Origin: a virus
Strand: one strand, 5' to 3'
Length of the DNA stretch: 64,000 nt
IMG/VR virus record: IMGVR_UViG_3300045119_000457
Span: 5,194-69,193 of that record
The position numbers were made by a program, and so were the translations under genes. How positions within the stretch are numbered: position 1 is the first letter of the stretch; each line of letters starts with the position of its first letter. The notes beneath the pieces were generated by a model. It was given only the letters and a program-made list of their open reading frames with translations. It was not told the origin of the DNA and ran no database searches. Positions 17,301 to 26,366 of the stretch are shown here, piece by piece.

Positions 17301-20300
17301 GTGTGGGCTCGACCGGCGCAGGCTCGGTCCTGGCCGCGCCCAGAGCCTCTGCCTCACGCTCGCGCAGTTTCCTAGCTACCAGCTCGCGCTCGGCCTCGTC
17401 GTCCTCAGCGGTGACCTCGCCGGCATCGGCAAAGGCCAGGCGGCCGCCATAGGCGCGTTTACGTGTCGGCGGGATCGGCTTGATGAAATGGTCGTAGGCT
17501 CCATAAGCATCGTCTCGCTTATCGCGAATCCGACGCGCCCGATATTTGTCGGTCGCTCGGCCGACCATCTTGTGACCCTGACTGCGCGAGAAGATGCCGT
17601 AGTGGACGTTGTCGGCCGGCGCGATTGCCTCGGCGGCGGGGGCCAGGCCGGGCTCCGGCGGCTCGTTGTCGTTGACCTCGCCGCCTTCGGCGTAGGTCCG
17701 TCCGCCGCGCGCTGCAAGCATGCTGGCACCGGCGCCGCCGATCGTCGCGCCGAGGCCGGCGCCGACCAGGGTGCCGATGCCGGGCACGATCGAGCCAATC
17801 GCCGCACCGGCGCCCATGCCGGCCAGGGTGCCGCCCGCCTTGGCGGCGCTGTTGTCCTTCTTGCCGCTGCCGCTGCCGCCCTTCTCATCGGGCTTGGGCG
17901 CCTCGGCCAGCTTGGATGGATCGTCAGCGTTGTAGATACCCTCGGGCAGGATGCTGGTGCCATAGAAAGGAACGGCGCTCGAATCCTTGTCGACGCCCGA
18001 GTAGCCGACCCGCCCGCCCTTCCTGGCGAACATGGCGGCGTCCTCGAGCACTGGCGCCACGTCGGCCACCGCCGTGCCGCTCTCGGCCAGGTTGGCGGCG
18101 TCACCCAGGTTGCCGGCGTCGGCCAGCAGGTTGGCGCTGTCGGCCAGGCCGCTGAGGTCGGCCACGTTGGTGTCGGTGCTGAGGTCGCCCAGGGTCTTGG
18201 CACTGTCGGCGGTGTCAGCGACCTGGACAGGGGCTGCAGAGGCCACAGGAGCGGCTGGCAGGGTCGTGGCAGCCGGATTGGAAGATACACTGGTAGGTGG
18301 CGCCGTGGCCGCTGGACTGGGCGCCGGGGCCGTAGCAGGGGCTGTAGCGGGGGCTGTGGCAGGGTCGGTCTTAGGCGGCGCTTCCGCGCCCCATTTGCCG
18401 TGGTGGCCGAACCAGCCGCCGGTCGCCGGCTTGTAGTTATCCGAGGCCGGAACGGCCTTGACGTAGTTCGAATCGCCCGGCTTGCCGACCCCTGCTATGG
18501 CGGGCGTGCCCTTCTCCGGCTCTCCGACCAGGACATCCTTGCCCATGCCGTAGGCCTTCTCGAGGCTCTCGGCAGTCTTCACGGCGTCGTTGGCGGCGCC
18601 CAGGCCCTCCTGGGCGCCGGTCTTCGCCGGCGCTGCCGGAGCCTTGGGGAGGTCCGGCTTGATGAGCTGCGAGGCCTTGGCGGCCTGGAGCTGCGGGATG
18701 ATCGAGCCGGTGCCGGCGGCGGCCTTCTGGGCCCACGGCGCGTTGCCGTACATCGAGGCCTGGGCCGCCATGATGTTATCGAGGTCGCCGAAGCCGCCGG
18801 CGTAGCCGTCGGCCTTGCTGCCGCCCTTGGCGTAGCCGGTGCGCCCGCCGCTGGCGTAGGTACCGCCGTCGTCGCCGCTGACACCCTGACCCGACGTACC
18901 AGCCGCGGCGCTGCCACCGCTGCCGTCGGTCGCCGAGCCGCCGACGCCGCCCGTGCCAGCTTCGCCGCTGCCGCCGGGAGAATTGACCAGGAGAGACTGT
19001 GCGGCGGGTCCTGCCTCGGCGGCCGCGGCGGCCGCCACAGGGGCTGTCGGATCTGCCGGCCTGGGCGGTGCGCCAGCGCCCGCCGGAGGCGCTGTGGGAG
19101 CCGATATGCCGGCCTGTGAGGGCAGCCCCAGGGGCGCGCCCGGTCCCGAGCCGGGAGCGTTGGCGCCGAACATCGCCTTCTGCCGGGCGACGATGTCGCC
19201 CAGGCCGCCCGTCGGAGCGCCGCCGGGTAGGGTGGGCGCGATGCCTAAAACGCCGACACCGGGCGCCAGGGTGTTGGGCGGGATGTAGCCGAAGGGGTCA
19301 CCGCCCAACGCTCCGCCACCGGCCTTGCCCGGCCGATCGGCAGCGTCGGCGGTGGCGGCGGCGTAGTCGACCGCCTTCACGCCGCCGTGTTCACTGACGG
19401 CTTCGGGGTGCCTCTTCTCGACCTCCTGCGCCGACAGGCCGATCTGGGTGCCGGGCTGGCCGCGATAATTGAATCGATAGATCGCCTGGCCGTCGTGCGT
19501 GCGGCCGATCTGCTCCATGTTCTCTTTGACGCGATCGTCACTGAAAAACGGTTGCGGGGTGAAGGCACCGCTGTAAGAGCTTGATCCAGAAAGAGGACCC
19601 GTCCCCATGACGGCGTTGGTGTAGAATTGCGACGCCTGGTACGGGTAGCCTTGCTCCTGCAGCCACTGGTTATACATCGCCGAATCTTGGGCCTGCTGGG
19701 TCTGCTGCTGCATGGTGCCGAAGCCCATCTGGCCCTGCGCCGTCTGCAGGTTCTGCCCGAACGCCTGGCCGGCCAGCGCGGCCTGCTTGGCCGCCACGTC
19801 GCCATACATGCCGTAATTGGCCGCCCCCAGGCCCTGTTGGGCCTGTCCGGCGCCGACGCCCTGGCCGTACATCTGCTGGCCCATCTGGCCGGTGTACTGG
19901 GCCTGGCCCATGCCCTGCGTGTACTGCTGCGCCCCCAGGCCCTGCTGGGCCGTGCCCGCGCCCTGCAGCGCCTGGCCGTAGCCCAGGCCCTGCTGGTAAC
20001 CCTGCTGGCCGATGCCCAGGAGCTGGCCGGCGCCCTGCTGGATGGCCTGGCGGTTGGCCTGGGCGGCGCCGAGGCCGACGCCCTGCTGCTGCTGGGCAGC
20101 GCTTAGGGCCTGGCCATAGTTGGCGGTGTTGAGTTGGCCCAGCACCTGGGCTGAGGCCAGGTTCTGCTGGTTCACCATGTTGGCGTTGGCGACGCCTGAC
20201 CTGTCCCCGCCGAACGAGCCCTCCTTGATCATCTGGCCGCGCTGATCGTTGCGCTGCTGGGCCTGCTGCTGGCCGAGCTGGGCCATCGTCGCTTCAGTGA

Positions 20301-20856
20301 CCTGTTGCTGGTACGGATTGTAGAACTGGTTGAGGTTGAGCTGTGAGGGATCGACCGCGCCCATGCCGGCCACCGCGGCGCCAGTTGCAGCGCCCTGGTA
20401 GGGCTGAGCGCCGGCATAGGCGCCACCATACTGTCCGATGGCCTGATTGAATGCCTGGCCGGCCTGCTGATTGTAGGGCTGCGCCTGGTTGTAGGCCTGG
20501 GCGGCCTGGCCGAGGCCGGCGGCGCCCAGGGCCTGGCCCTGGATCTGGCCGGTGTTGATGCTGCCGCCGGCCTGGTCGAGCAGCGGCGCCGCCGCGTTGA
20601 CGCCCTGCGCCAGGCTCTGGTTGGGCATCTGCCAGCCGGCATTGGTGTAGTTCTGGCCGGCCATCATGGTGCCGTAGCCGGCTTGCTGGGTGTCGTTGAC
20701 GGGAGCTACGAATTCGCCGCCGTAGTTGCTCCACGGCGTCTGCGACACGTTCTCGGCGCGGTCGGTCGCCTTGTTGTAGCGTTGCAAGACTTCTTGCGGG
20801 ATCTGCACGCCGCTGTACTGCGTGGATGTCCCGCCGCCACCTTTGCCGCCGCCCAT
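14380..20856 (-). CDS. giant ejection protein with internal S74 chaperone domain and lytic transglycosylase domain
   Basis: Gln/Gly-rich N-terminus; FSDDRVKENM...IGLSAQEVE...AVDY (S74); QESG..GAVGWGQL..AAAYNCG..ETKN (SLT). Confidence 0.8.
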   Translation of the reverse strand: MGGGKGGGGTSTQYSGVQIPQEVLQRYNKATDRAENVSQTPWSNYGGEFVAPVNDTQQAGYGTMMAGQNYTNAGWQMPNQSLAQGVNAAAPLLDQAGGSINTGQIQGQALGAAGLGQAAQAYNQAQPYNQQAGQAFNQAIGQYGGAYAGAQPYQGAATGAAVAGMGAVDPSQLNLNQFYNPYQQQVTEATMAQLGQQQAQQRNDQRGQMIKEGSFGGDRSGVANANMVNQQNLASAQVLGQLNTANYGQALSAAQQQQGVGLGAAQANRQAIQQGAGQLLGIGQQGYQQGLGYGQALQGAGTAQQGLGAQQYTQGMGQAQYTGQMGQQMYGQGVGAGQAQQGLGAANYGMYGDVAAKQAALAGQAFGQNLQTAQGQMGFGTMQQQTQQAQDSAMYNQWLQEQGYPYQASQFYTNAVMGTGPLSGSSSYSGAFTPQPFFSDDRVKENMEQIGRTHDGQAIYRFNYRGQPGTQIGLSAQEVEKRHPEAVSEHGGVKAVDYAAATADAADRPGKAGGGALGGDPFGYIPPNTLAPGVGVLGIAPTLPGGAPTGGLGDIVARQKAMFGANAPGSGPGAPLGLPSQAGISAPTAPPAGAGAPPRPADPTAPVAAAAAAEAGPAAQSLLVNSPGGSGEAGTGGVGGSATDGSGGSAAAGTSGQGVSGDDGGTYASGGRTGYAKGGSKADGYAGGFGDLDNIMAAQASMYGNAPWAQKAAAGTGSIIPQLQAAKASQLIKPDLPKAPAAPAKTGAQEGLGAANDAVKTAESLEKAYGMGKDVLVGEPEKGTPAIAGVGKPGDSNYVKAVPASDNYKPATGGWFGHHGKWGAEAPPKTDPATAPATAPATAPAPSPAATAPPTSVSSNPAATTLPAAPVASAAPVQVADTADSAKTLGDLSTDTNVADLSGLADSANLLADAGNLGDAANLAESGTAVADVAPVLEDAAMFARKGGRVGYSGVDKDSSAVPFYGTSILPEGIYNADDPSKLAEAPKPDEKGGSGSGKKDNSAAKAGGTLAGMGAGAAIGSIVPGIGTLVGAGLGATIGGAGASMLAARGGRTYAEGGEVNDNEPPEPGLAPAAEAIAPADNVHYGIFSRSQGHKMVGRATDKYRARRIRDKRDDAYGAYDHFIKPIPPTRKRAYGGRLAFADAGEVTAEDDEAERELVARKLREREAEALGAARTEPAPVEPTPAAREILKGGELARAQPAPGVGAADQMVAGPGMPAPPAAAPAADPNVVQAQAAPPPPPPPPPPPAVEAPQPAQPGLGGGIEASLPTYPVAEGTKTLFGDKPLVMQGGTWRPDTTPATPPPPPKPPGPGQQRQQPATDPDKPFDDPINIRGRHFTQESGQRQFDANGNVITSKTGAVGWGQLASGGPQAAELAGEVWSPEKARTDEAYNKKLSNALYTHLEQVFPDDPYKAAAAYNCGEQCVKDATAKAAKQGGSWTDYVPDETKNHLWVVSGQRMGTPGKGGGGVGNASTKAPGAPADTAADVQPSAGGLGGASPESKSLWGQSKDWIDRNESWGVPLLTGLGAMFSSPSRTFLGSLGTGMVAGGTQYGTLGQRQQGIDIQKQTQNIAQAGKITEAMTNIARERSGVLAANPHADVSAYDKIYNQLRNKNLQLVGAGGISINTTPGSYADYIKTQAPAIQTFSSQVAPRDNFVALYQNAMTTQDPTERAARLREADAALERARAGQAVGLDGKALGLTPELTEALLRFKTQSASAETTGTQQTPQAAVGRIMDEQKSILQRYNVPDSNGLPPDARKQYDDLQARLEAQRRAAGMRAGGRVGRRFGGLSPDLSATDDPDAVTTPAVATDADVNDDNIQQAQMAPLPPPSSKLPGPTAKPAPPPPAAGATPQPTGEQFDRNNPEHWDRRSTALGGLGDAPGAAAAAAEAQRLREAARGGTKMVTEDGKEVVKPTPGAFDLDQKKWQHQQNQKTLEWAQGQSLAAEIQKQELAKYKSTLFDENGNPKTTMGPLGELLGPLAQLSQQLLGNGDVARYITGISSSDREVAEKSKIALAQAIAASGFGSKETQGIFDQVLKNTPGTQLSAAAAAFMIDHVLLPKANFDAGIYDHLHKGDVFNEDYWARRNQYYRDNKMYPPTYGRVGDQGKTEQTETGSTVPEALSGVKNLERNKKTGEFRDADTGKEYDKTGKPKGAP

Positions 20857-20862
20857 GCGTGC

Positions 20863-21390
20863 TTACTCCGCCGGAGTATCGCCCGCTGCTCCCCCAGTGT
20901 GCGCGTTGTAGAGAAAGTAGGCTCCGGCCGGTTGGCCGAAATGCCGTTTGTACAACCGGACTTTGGCCTCGGTCCGGTGATTGCTCAACACGCCGATCAA
21001 CAGCGGCAGCCCCATGCGTTCAGCGACACGTTTGCTGAACTCGCACATCCTGCTCGCCCTGCCCCCCTTGGCCGAGCGGTGATCAGGATGAATGAAGATG
21101 CCGCGCTCTTCGACAACCTGCTGGTCTGAATACCACAGCGAGACCAGGCGTAACAGCACCGCGCCCTCGGGCTTGCCGCCGGGCGGACCGATGATGCCGA
21201 CGATGCCGTGGTTGAGGTGCAGCGCCTGCCAGATGTCGTCGAGCTGCTTGGCTTCGCTCGGCTGAATGAAGCCGTTCTCCTCGCTAGCCAGCTTGGCGAG
21301 CTCCATCAGATCGTGGATGTCTTCCGGCGTGCCGGTGCGCACTTCTAAAACAGGTTCGCTGGGTTGTTCGGTGATGGTTTGATCGGGCAT
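20863..21390 (-). CDS. GNAT-fold virion-associated protein
   Basis: VRTGTPED start and IFIHPDHRS motif; position before the ejection genes. Confidence 0.6.
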   Translation of the reverse strand: MPDQTITEQPSEPVLEVRTGTPEDIHDLMELAKLASEENGFIQPSEAKQLDDIWQALHLNHGIVGIIGPPGGKPEGAVLLRLVSLWYSDQQVVEERGIFIHPDHRSAKGGRASRMCEFSKRVAERMGLPLLIGVLSNHRTEAKVRLYKRHFGQPAGAYFLYNAHTGGAAGDTPAE

Positions 21391-21400
21391 AGGCAGCTCC

Positions 21401-22210
21401 CTAATTTCTGGCTGGGCCAGGGAGGTCCTTCAGCGTCTTGATGTGCTTCTTGCGGATCTGTTTGATGAAGGCATCGATGATGGCGTGGCCATCGTCGCGA
21501 TCGTCGCTGCCGTTGACGCGCGCCTGATGCGCGACCTCGTCGGGCGTTAAAACATGCTCGCCGCCGGCGGCGATGATCGGCACGCCCTTCTTCGGCTCGG
21601 CCGCCAGGTTGAACGGCGAATCGCCCTGCTGGCCGCCGGCGGCCGCCTTGCCGGGCGGCGGGCCGACACCGTAGGCGTAGCCCTTGAGATTGAGCGGTCG
21701 CTTGGCCTTGTAGGGCAGGCCGGCGCCGGTGCCATAGGGGCTGCCCTTGAGGTAACTCGGCACGGCGAAGAGATCCTTCACCACCTTGTAGCCGGCCACC
21801 GTGTTGCCCTCGCCGAGCGCCGACACGACGTCGGCCGGGATGACGTGGCTGCCCTCGGGCACCGTCATGTTGAGATGGTCGGTCCGTCCGGCGACGCCTG
21901 AGCTGATCGGTCCGCTGTGCATCTTGACCTGGGCCTGCGGCGCCTCGGGCTCTGCCGGCGCCTCGGGTGGCTTCCAGGCGTCGACCTCGCCGGACTCGTG
22001 ACTGAGCGGTGCCTCGTGCCGCGTGAAACTGTAGTCGGGGTGGCTGGGGTCGAGGTCGGCGGCACCGGCGGCGGCGCGCTTCTTGCGCCGCGCTTCGCGG
22101 GAGATGCGCATCGCCGCGGCAACCGCCTGGTCCTGCGGATGGCCGGCGTGAACCATCTCGCTAATGTTCTTGCTGACGACCTTCTCGCTCTTGCCTTTGG
22201 CTAATGGCAT
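21401..22210 (-). CDS. conserved hypothetical virion protein
   Basis: MPLAKGKS..SKNISEM..QAVAAA N-terminus; GRTDHL..EGSHVIPADVV and GGEHVLTPDEV repeats. Confidence 0.75.
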   Translation of the reverse strand: MPLAKGKSEKVVSKNISEMVHAGHPQDQAVAAAMRISREARRKKRAAAGAADLDPSHPDYSFTRHEAPLSHESGEVDAWKPPEAPAEPEAPQAQVKMHSGPISSGVAGRTDHLNMTVPEGSHVIPADVVSALGEGNTVAGYKVVKDLFAVPSYLKGSPYGTGAGLPYKAKRPLNLKGYAYGVGPPPGKAAAGGQQGDSPFNLAAEPKKGVPIIAAGGEHVLTPDEVAHQARVNGSDDRDDGHAIIDAFIKQIRKKHIKTLKDLPGPARN

Positions 22211-22211
22211 G

Positions 22212-22403
22212 TCACTGGCCTTTTCGCCCGCGCTGATAAGCTTCCTCCAGCGCTTCTTCCATTTCGTCGTGATAGTGATGCCAAAGGCAATCCGGCGCGA
22301 TCAATTTGCGTTCGGTGTAGTCGCTCGAGCAGGTACAGGGGCCCAGCACGCGATAGGTCACGACACCGTGGATTTCATCGCGAGCTTGTTCTGGCGTTTT
22401 CAT
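22212..22403 (-). CDS. small hypothetical protein
   Basis: 63-aa ORF filling the gap within the operon; CTC..DC motif. Confidence 0.55.
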   Translation of the reverse strand: MKTPEQARDEIHGVVTYRVLGPCTCSSDYTERKLIAPDCLWHHYHDEMEEALEEAYQRGRKGQ

Positions 22404-22404
22404 A

Positions 22405-22761
22405 TCAGGTCCGCGCATAGAAGACGGCGACCACGCACGAGCCGGTGTTCTCCTTGAAGGCCAGGCCGTCGGTGAACACCATGTTGGTCGGATAGAAGCC
22501 GGGCGTGTTCGAGATGGTATAGACCGCATTGGTGGTCGAGGCACTCGATAGCGCCGCGGTGTCATGCAGGGTGCCCTGGCCGCCCGAGCCGGACACCACG
22601 CTGACGCCGAGCACCCGCACGTAACCCGGCTGGATCAGCTTGTCGGTCGTGAGCTGACCCGACGAGAGCTGCGGCACGAGATGGGTCAGCGCGTCGCGCA
22701 TCTGCGCCAGCTCAGCGATACCGGACTGGATGCACGAGACGATGTCGGTCAGGCCGGCCAT
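22405..22761 (-). CDS. hypothetical structural protein
   Basis: 118-aa beta-rich ORF in the tail cluster. Confidence 0.7.
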   Translation of the reverse strand: MAGLTDIVSCIQSGIAELAQMRDALTHLVPQLSSGQLTTDKLIQPGYVRVLGVSVVSGSGGQGTLHDTAALSSASTTNAVYTISNTPGFYPTNMVFTDGLAFKENTGSCVVAVFYART

Positions 22762-22762
22762 G

Positions 22763-24880
22763 TTACTTGACCTTGCCGTCGATCTGGGCGCGGTAACGCG
22801 TGCCGCCGACGCGCCAGGTCGTGCCAACGTCCGTGCTGTAGAATTCGAGCGAGACCAGCCGACCCCTGAACCGGGGGGTGACGTACTTCACCGCAGTGGT
22901 CAGCGTGAACGGACCATGCACCTCGTCGGGCTCATTGGGATAGTTGGTGACGAAGAACGTCATGAAAATGGTCGCGTTCGAATCGGGCGGCACGCCCCAT
23001 TTGAAATCGGGCCACACTTGATCGACGAACATCAGCACGTCGGCCTCGGTCAGCACGAAGTAGCCGGTGCGCAGCAGCGGCAGCATGGCCTGGCCGTCGG
23101 CGTCGTGCGATGTCTCGTGCTGGTAAAGCAGGCGGTTCGTCCCGTCGGCGCCGATCGGGTAGCCCAGGATCGACTGATCGATCCAGGCAGTGCGCGACAA
23201 CGAGCCGTAATCCCAGCCGGCGCCTGGCGGCATCAGGATGTTATTCTTGACGTAGCTGTCGATCTCGCCGGTGCCGGTCTTGCTGGCGTAATACCAGCCG
23301 ATCTCGTTGAACAGCGAGTTGGCAAAGAACCGTATCTTCCATTCGCTGCCGGGATAGAGGTTCCTGAACACCAAATCCCAAATCGGACAGGGCATCGGGC
23401 CGACGCCCTGGTCGCCCATCGAGAAAAACTGCGCCGCGCCCATCCAGTAGGCGGTGGTATTGAGCGTACCGAGCGCCTTGCGGCCGATGCAGCCGCAGCC
23501 GCGCGCCACCTCCTGGATGGAGTAGACGCCCTGGCCATCGATGAACTGCATCGTCCAGGCGCCGACGTCGGTGATCAGCAGACCCTGCAAGCCGAGCTGG
23601 ATGCCGCTGACAATGCGGCTGCCGCGCGACAGGCGGCGCGAACCGGCGCGGTTGGTCGGCGTGGCGATCCAGTCGTCGAAATTGTCGATGTCGCACCAAC
23701 GCACCAGGAGATGGTCCTGGATCCCGGTGAAGCTCGAGCCCCAGGCGATGATCTGGCGCTGTGGCATGGCGATGAAGGCGCCGTCGTTGACCGGCGGGCC
23801 GTTCGACATGAGCTGCGGCGTCGCCGGCCGGTTCAAGGGCGACCACCAGAACAGCGGCCCGCCATGAACCGTCGTCATGCCCGATGAGCCAAAGTTGGTC
23901 TCGACCGGGCAGATGATCAAAAGGTCGCCCCAATTGTCGAGGGTCCAGTCGCGCGTCTGTAGCATGTTGCCGGTCGGCCCCACCGGCACGACACCCGAGC
24001 CGTAGCCGCCGGCGCCGTAGCCCGCCGTGCCGTAACCCGAGCCAGTCGGCATCGGGCCGCTGCCGAGATAGAACTCGTAGCGCGCCTGACCGCCATTGAT
24101 CGACACTGTCGTGCCGCTGCTCGCCGGGTTGGCCGCCAGGATCGTGAAGTGATCGAGGTCGCCGACGCTCTGCACGATGTAGTCGCCGGCCAGGTAGACA
24201 CCGCCCGCCGTGGTCGGAATCAGGATCGGGTAGGTGTCGCCAGGCTGGTAGTTGTGCTTGGCCAGCAGCACGGTGATGACATTGCTGTTGAGCAGGGTGG
24301 TGTAGGTGGCAACGGCGCCACCATTGGTCACCGTGGCCGTGGCCAGCGAGGGGTTGCCGAAGCGATCATTGACGGCGATGCGGAACACGCTCGAGCTCAC
24401 CGCGATGCAACGGTAGAGACCAAAGACGATGAGGCCGCCGGCGGCGATGTGGGCGGGGACGTAGACGGTGTCGAAGGCGGTGGCGTTCGAGCCGGCGTCG
24501 TCGATGTCGACCAGGTTGCTGCCGATCGTAGTGTCGAGCGACACCGCGACATTGTCCTGGCGTACGACCGGCGTGATGTCCTGCAGCGCGCCATCCTTGA
24601 TGATACGCAGCGGCGCGCCAACCGCCGGCAGCATGGTCTCGCAGCCGACCGCCAGCCACTTCTGGTCGTTGGTGTCGCTCCACGCCCACAGCGCCCGCAC
24701 GATCGACGGCATGGGCTGCGGGAAGAAGCGCAGCCAGCCGCCGAGCTTCTGCCATAGCCCGAGGCCGGAGCGGTCGAACATCTGGCGCATCAGCTGGGTG
24801 ACACTGACCGCCGCCTGGTTCAGCGTCGGGGTTTTATTCCGATCGACGCCGGGGGCGAACTTCATGGTTTCATGCGGCAT
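22763..24880 (-). CDS. tail nozzle / stabilisation protein (P22 gp10 or T7 gp12-like beta propeller)
   Basis: WTLDNWG, LLVRWCD, AGSRRLSRGSRI, RTAWID motifs; size and position. Confidence 0.75.
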   Translation of the reverse strand: MPHETMKFAPGVDRNKTPTLNQAAVSVTQLMRQMFDRSGLGLWQKLGGWLRFFPQPMPSIVRALWAWSDTNDQKWLAVGCETMLPAVGAPLRIIKDGALQDITPVVRQDNVAVSLDTTIGSNLVDIDDAGSNATAFDTVYVPAHIAAGGLIVFGLYRCIAVSSSVFRIAVNDRFGNPSLATATVTNGGAVATYTTLLNSNVITVLLAKHNYQPGDTYPILIPTTAGGVYLAGDYIVQSVGDLDHFTILAANPASSGTTVSINGGQARYEFYLGSGPMPTGSGYGTAGYGAGGYGSGVVPVGPTGNMLQTRDWTLDNWGDLLIICPVETNFGSSGMTTVHGGPLFWWSPLNRPATPQLMSNGPPVNDGAFIAMPQRQIIAWGSSFTGIQDHLLVRWCDIDNFDDWIATPTNRAGSRRLSRGSRIVSGIQLGLQGLLITDVGAWTMQFIDGQGVYSIQEVARGCGCIGRKALGTLNTTAYWMGAAQFFSMGDQGVGPMPCPIWDLVFRNLYPGSEWKIRFFANSLFNEIGWYYASKTGTGEIDSYVKNNILMPPGAGWDYGSLSRTAWIDQSILGYPIGADGTNRLLYQHETSHDADGQAMLPLLRTGYFVLTEADVLMFVDQVWPDFKWGVPPDSNATIFMTFFVTNYPNEPDEVHGPFTLTTAVKYVTPRFRGRLVSLEFYSTDVGTTWRVGGTRYRAQIDGKVK

Positions 24881-25082
24881 CGGGTGCTCGCAGTTCCTCA
24901 ATGCGTCGATAAATCTCGTTCTCGCCCAGGCACGTCCAGGCCGGATCATTATAGGCGTGCATGGCAAAGCTTGCCTTGGCATGGTCGATTGTCGGCGCGT
25001 ACTCGCAACAGATCGGCCATAGCAGTTTCAGATCGATCGAGCGCTGATGCGCGTGCCATTTATCGGACAGCCAGCTCAACAT
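24870..25082 (-). CDS. small hypothetical protein
   Basis: 70-aa ORF overlapping both flanking tail genes. Confidence 0.5.
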   Translation of the reverse strand: MLSWLSDKWHAHQRSIDLKLLWPICCEYAPTIDHAKASFAMHAYNDPAWTCLGENEIYRRIEELRAPDAA

Positions 25083-25816
25083 CAGCCGGGGGCCTGCTGG
25101 GCGTTGCGTCCGGGCGAGGCGACGAGCGGCGGCGACAGCGAGCTCCAGGCGCTGGCCTGGAATTTCTTGCGCGCCTCTTCGACCATCGCGCCCTTGAGCA
25201 TGGTCATGTACTGCGATTCGTAACTGACCGACTGCTGCGGGTCGTCGGACTGCCGACCGAAGTTGCGCTGGTAACCACTGATCCACACCATGCTGGCCAG
25301 GATGAAGAGATCGGGCAGGTAGGTGGCGATGAAGGTGTTGCGGTTGGCATCGCTGATCGACGCCGGCCGTACCGTGCCGGTGATCACTGCGGCGTAGTTC
25401 TGGTCGGGCCACGGACCGAAGGCAACCAGGGTTTCGTTGATCACGGCGAAGACCCGCGGCAGGCTCGCGCCGGCTGAGCTGTTGTGAACGGTGTTGAGAT
25501 ACTCTTTGGAGGTCGGCACGAGCGGGTGACGCATGCCCGCATTGGGGTCACTGGTGCCGACCGGGGTGATGACGTTGATCTCCTGGATGGTGATAAAGGT
25601 GGCAATCGGCAGGGTGAGGGTCGGCCGATTGGCGATCAGCGAGAAGCCGTCGACCGGGGTCACGGTGCCGATCAGGTCGAGGTCACGCATGATGCGCAGC
25701 TCGGCGTAATTCACCATCTGCGGCGCCAGGGCGACGAAATTTTCATCGTCGACCGCGACCACCGCCAGGCGGGCGATCGTGTCGAGGTAGCTCGTCCAGG
25801 TGAGCGGCGTGACCAT
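25082..25816 (-). CDS. tail adaptor / tubular protein A-like
   Basis: AELRIMRDL, FGPWPDQNY, YLPDLFILAS motifs. Confidence 0.75.
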   Translation of the reverse strand: MVTPLTWTSYLDTIARLAVVAVDDENFVALAPQMVNYAELRIMRDLDLIGTVTPVDGFSLIANRPTLTLPIATFITIQEINVITPVGTSDPNAGMRHPLVPTSKEYLNTVHNSSAGASLPRVFAVINETLVAFGPWPDQNYAAVITGTVRPASISDANRNTFIATYLPDLFILASMVWISGYQRNFGRQSDDPQQSVSYESQYMTMLKGAMVEEARKKFQASAWSSLSPPLVASPGRNAQQAPG

Positions 25817-25826
25817 GGCTGGCTTT

Positions 25827-26015
25827 CTAGGGGAGGACGGGGCTCGCGCCGTTGGTCGCCGACTGACGCGCCGCTTCGACGGCAGCGTCACCCTGCTGCT
25901 TGAGCTCGTTGATCAGCTCAGCAACCTCGACGAACGGACACTGGCCGAGCTTGCTCAAGATCAGGTTGACCTGAAGCGCCGTGAGACGAACGGTGATGAC
26001 AAAATCCTTGTCCAT
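25827..26015 (-). CDS. hypothetical protein (possible fibre chaperone)
   Basis: VNLILSKLGQCPFVEVAELI, seen in small ORFs downstream of phage fibre genes. Confidence 0.65.
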   Translation of the reverse strand: MDKDFVITVRLTALQVNLILSKLGQCPFVEVAELINELKQQGDAAVEAARQSATNGASPVLP

Positions 26016-26018
26016 GTC

Positions 26019-26198
26019 TTACCCCTGTATTGCGGCGCCAAACACGCGCCAGCCTAGAAGTGCAAACAGCAGGAACAGCATCAGGGTGTTGCCCCACACG
26101 CCGACCTGTTGATTAGGTCCGAACCAGCCGAACTGCAGGCCAAGGCCGAGCAGCAGCCATAGCAGCATAATAACCCAAAAGATCAGACCAAGCGGCAT
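26019..26198 (-). CDS. small two-TM membrane protein
   Basis: MPLGLIFWVIMLLW...; TGATG overlap and GGGAGG RBS. Confidence 0.7.
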   Translation of the reverse strand: MPLGLIFWVIMLLWLLLGLGLQFGWFGPNQQVGVWGNTLMLFLLFALLGWRVFGAAIQG

Positions 26199-26353
26199 CA
26201 CAACCTCCCGAGTAAGAGAAGAACGACAAGGATGATGAGGATGACGCCGACCACGCCGCTCGGGGCGTAGCCCCAGTTGGCAGCATGCGGCCATGTCGGC
26301 AGCCCGCCGATCATGATCACAATCAGGATGATGATGAGGATGGTGTAGAGCAT
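26198..26353 (-). CDS. DUF3309 family small membrane protein
   Basis: MLYTILIIILIVIMIGGLPTWPHAANWGYAPSGVVGVILIILVVLLLLGRL; GAGGAGG RBS; missed by the ORF track. Confidence 0.85.
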   Translation of the reverse strand: MLYTILIIILIVIMIGGLPTWPHAANWGYAPSGVVGVILIILVVLLLLGRL

Positions 26354-26366
26354 TACAGTGACCTCC

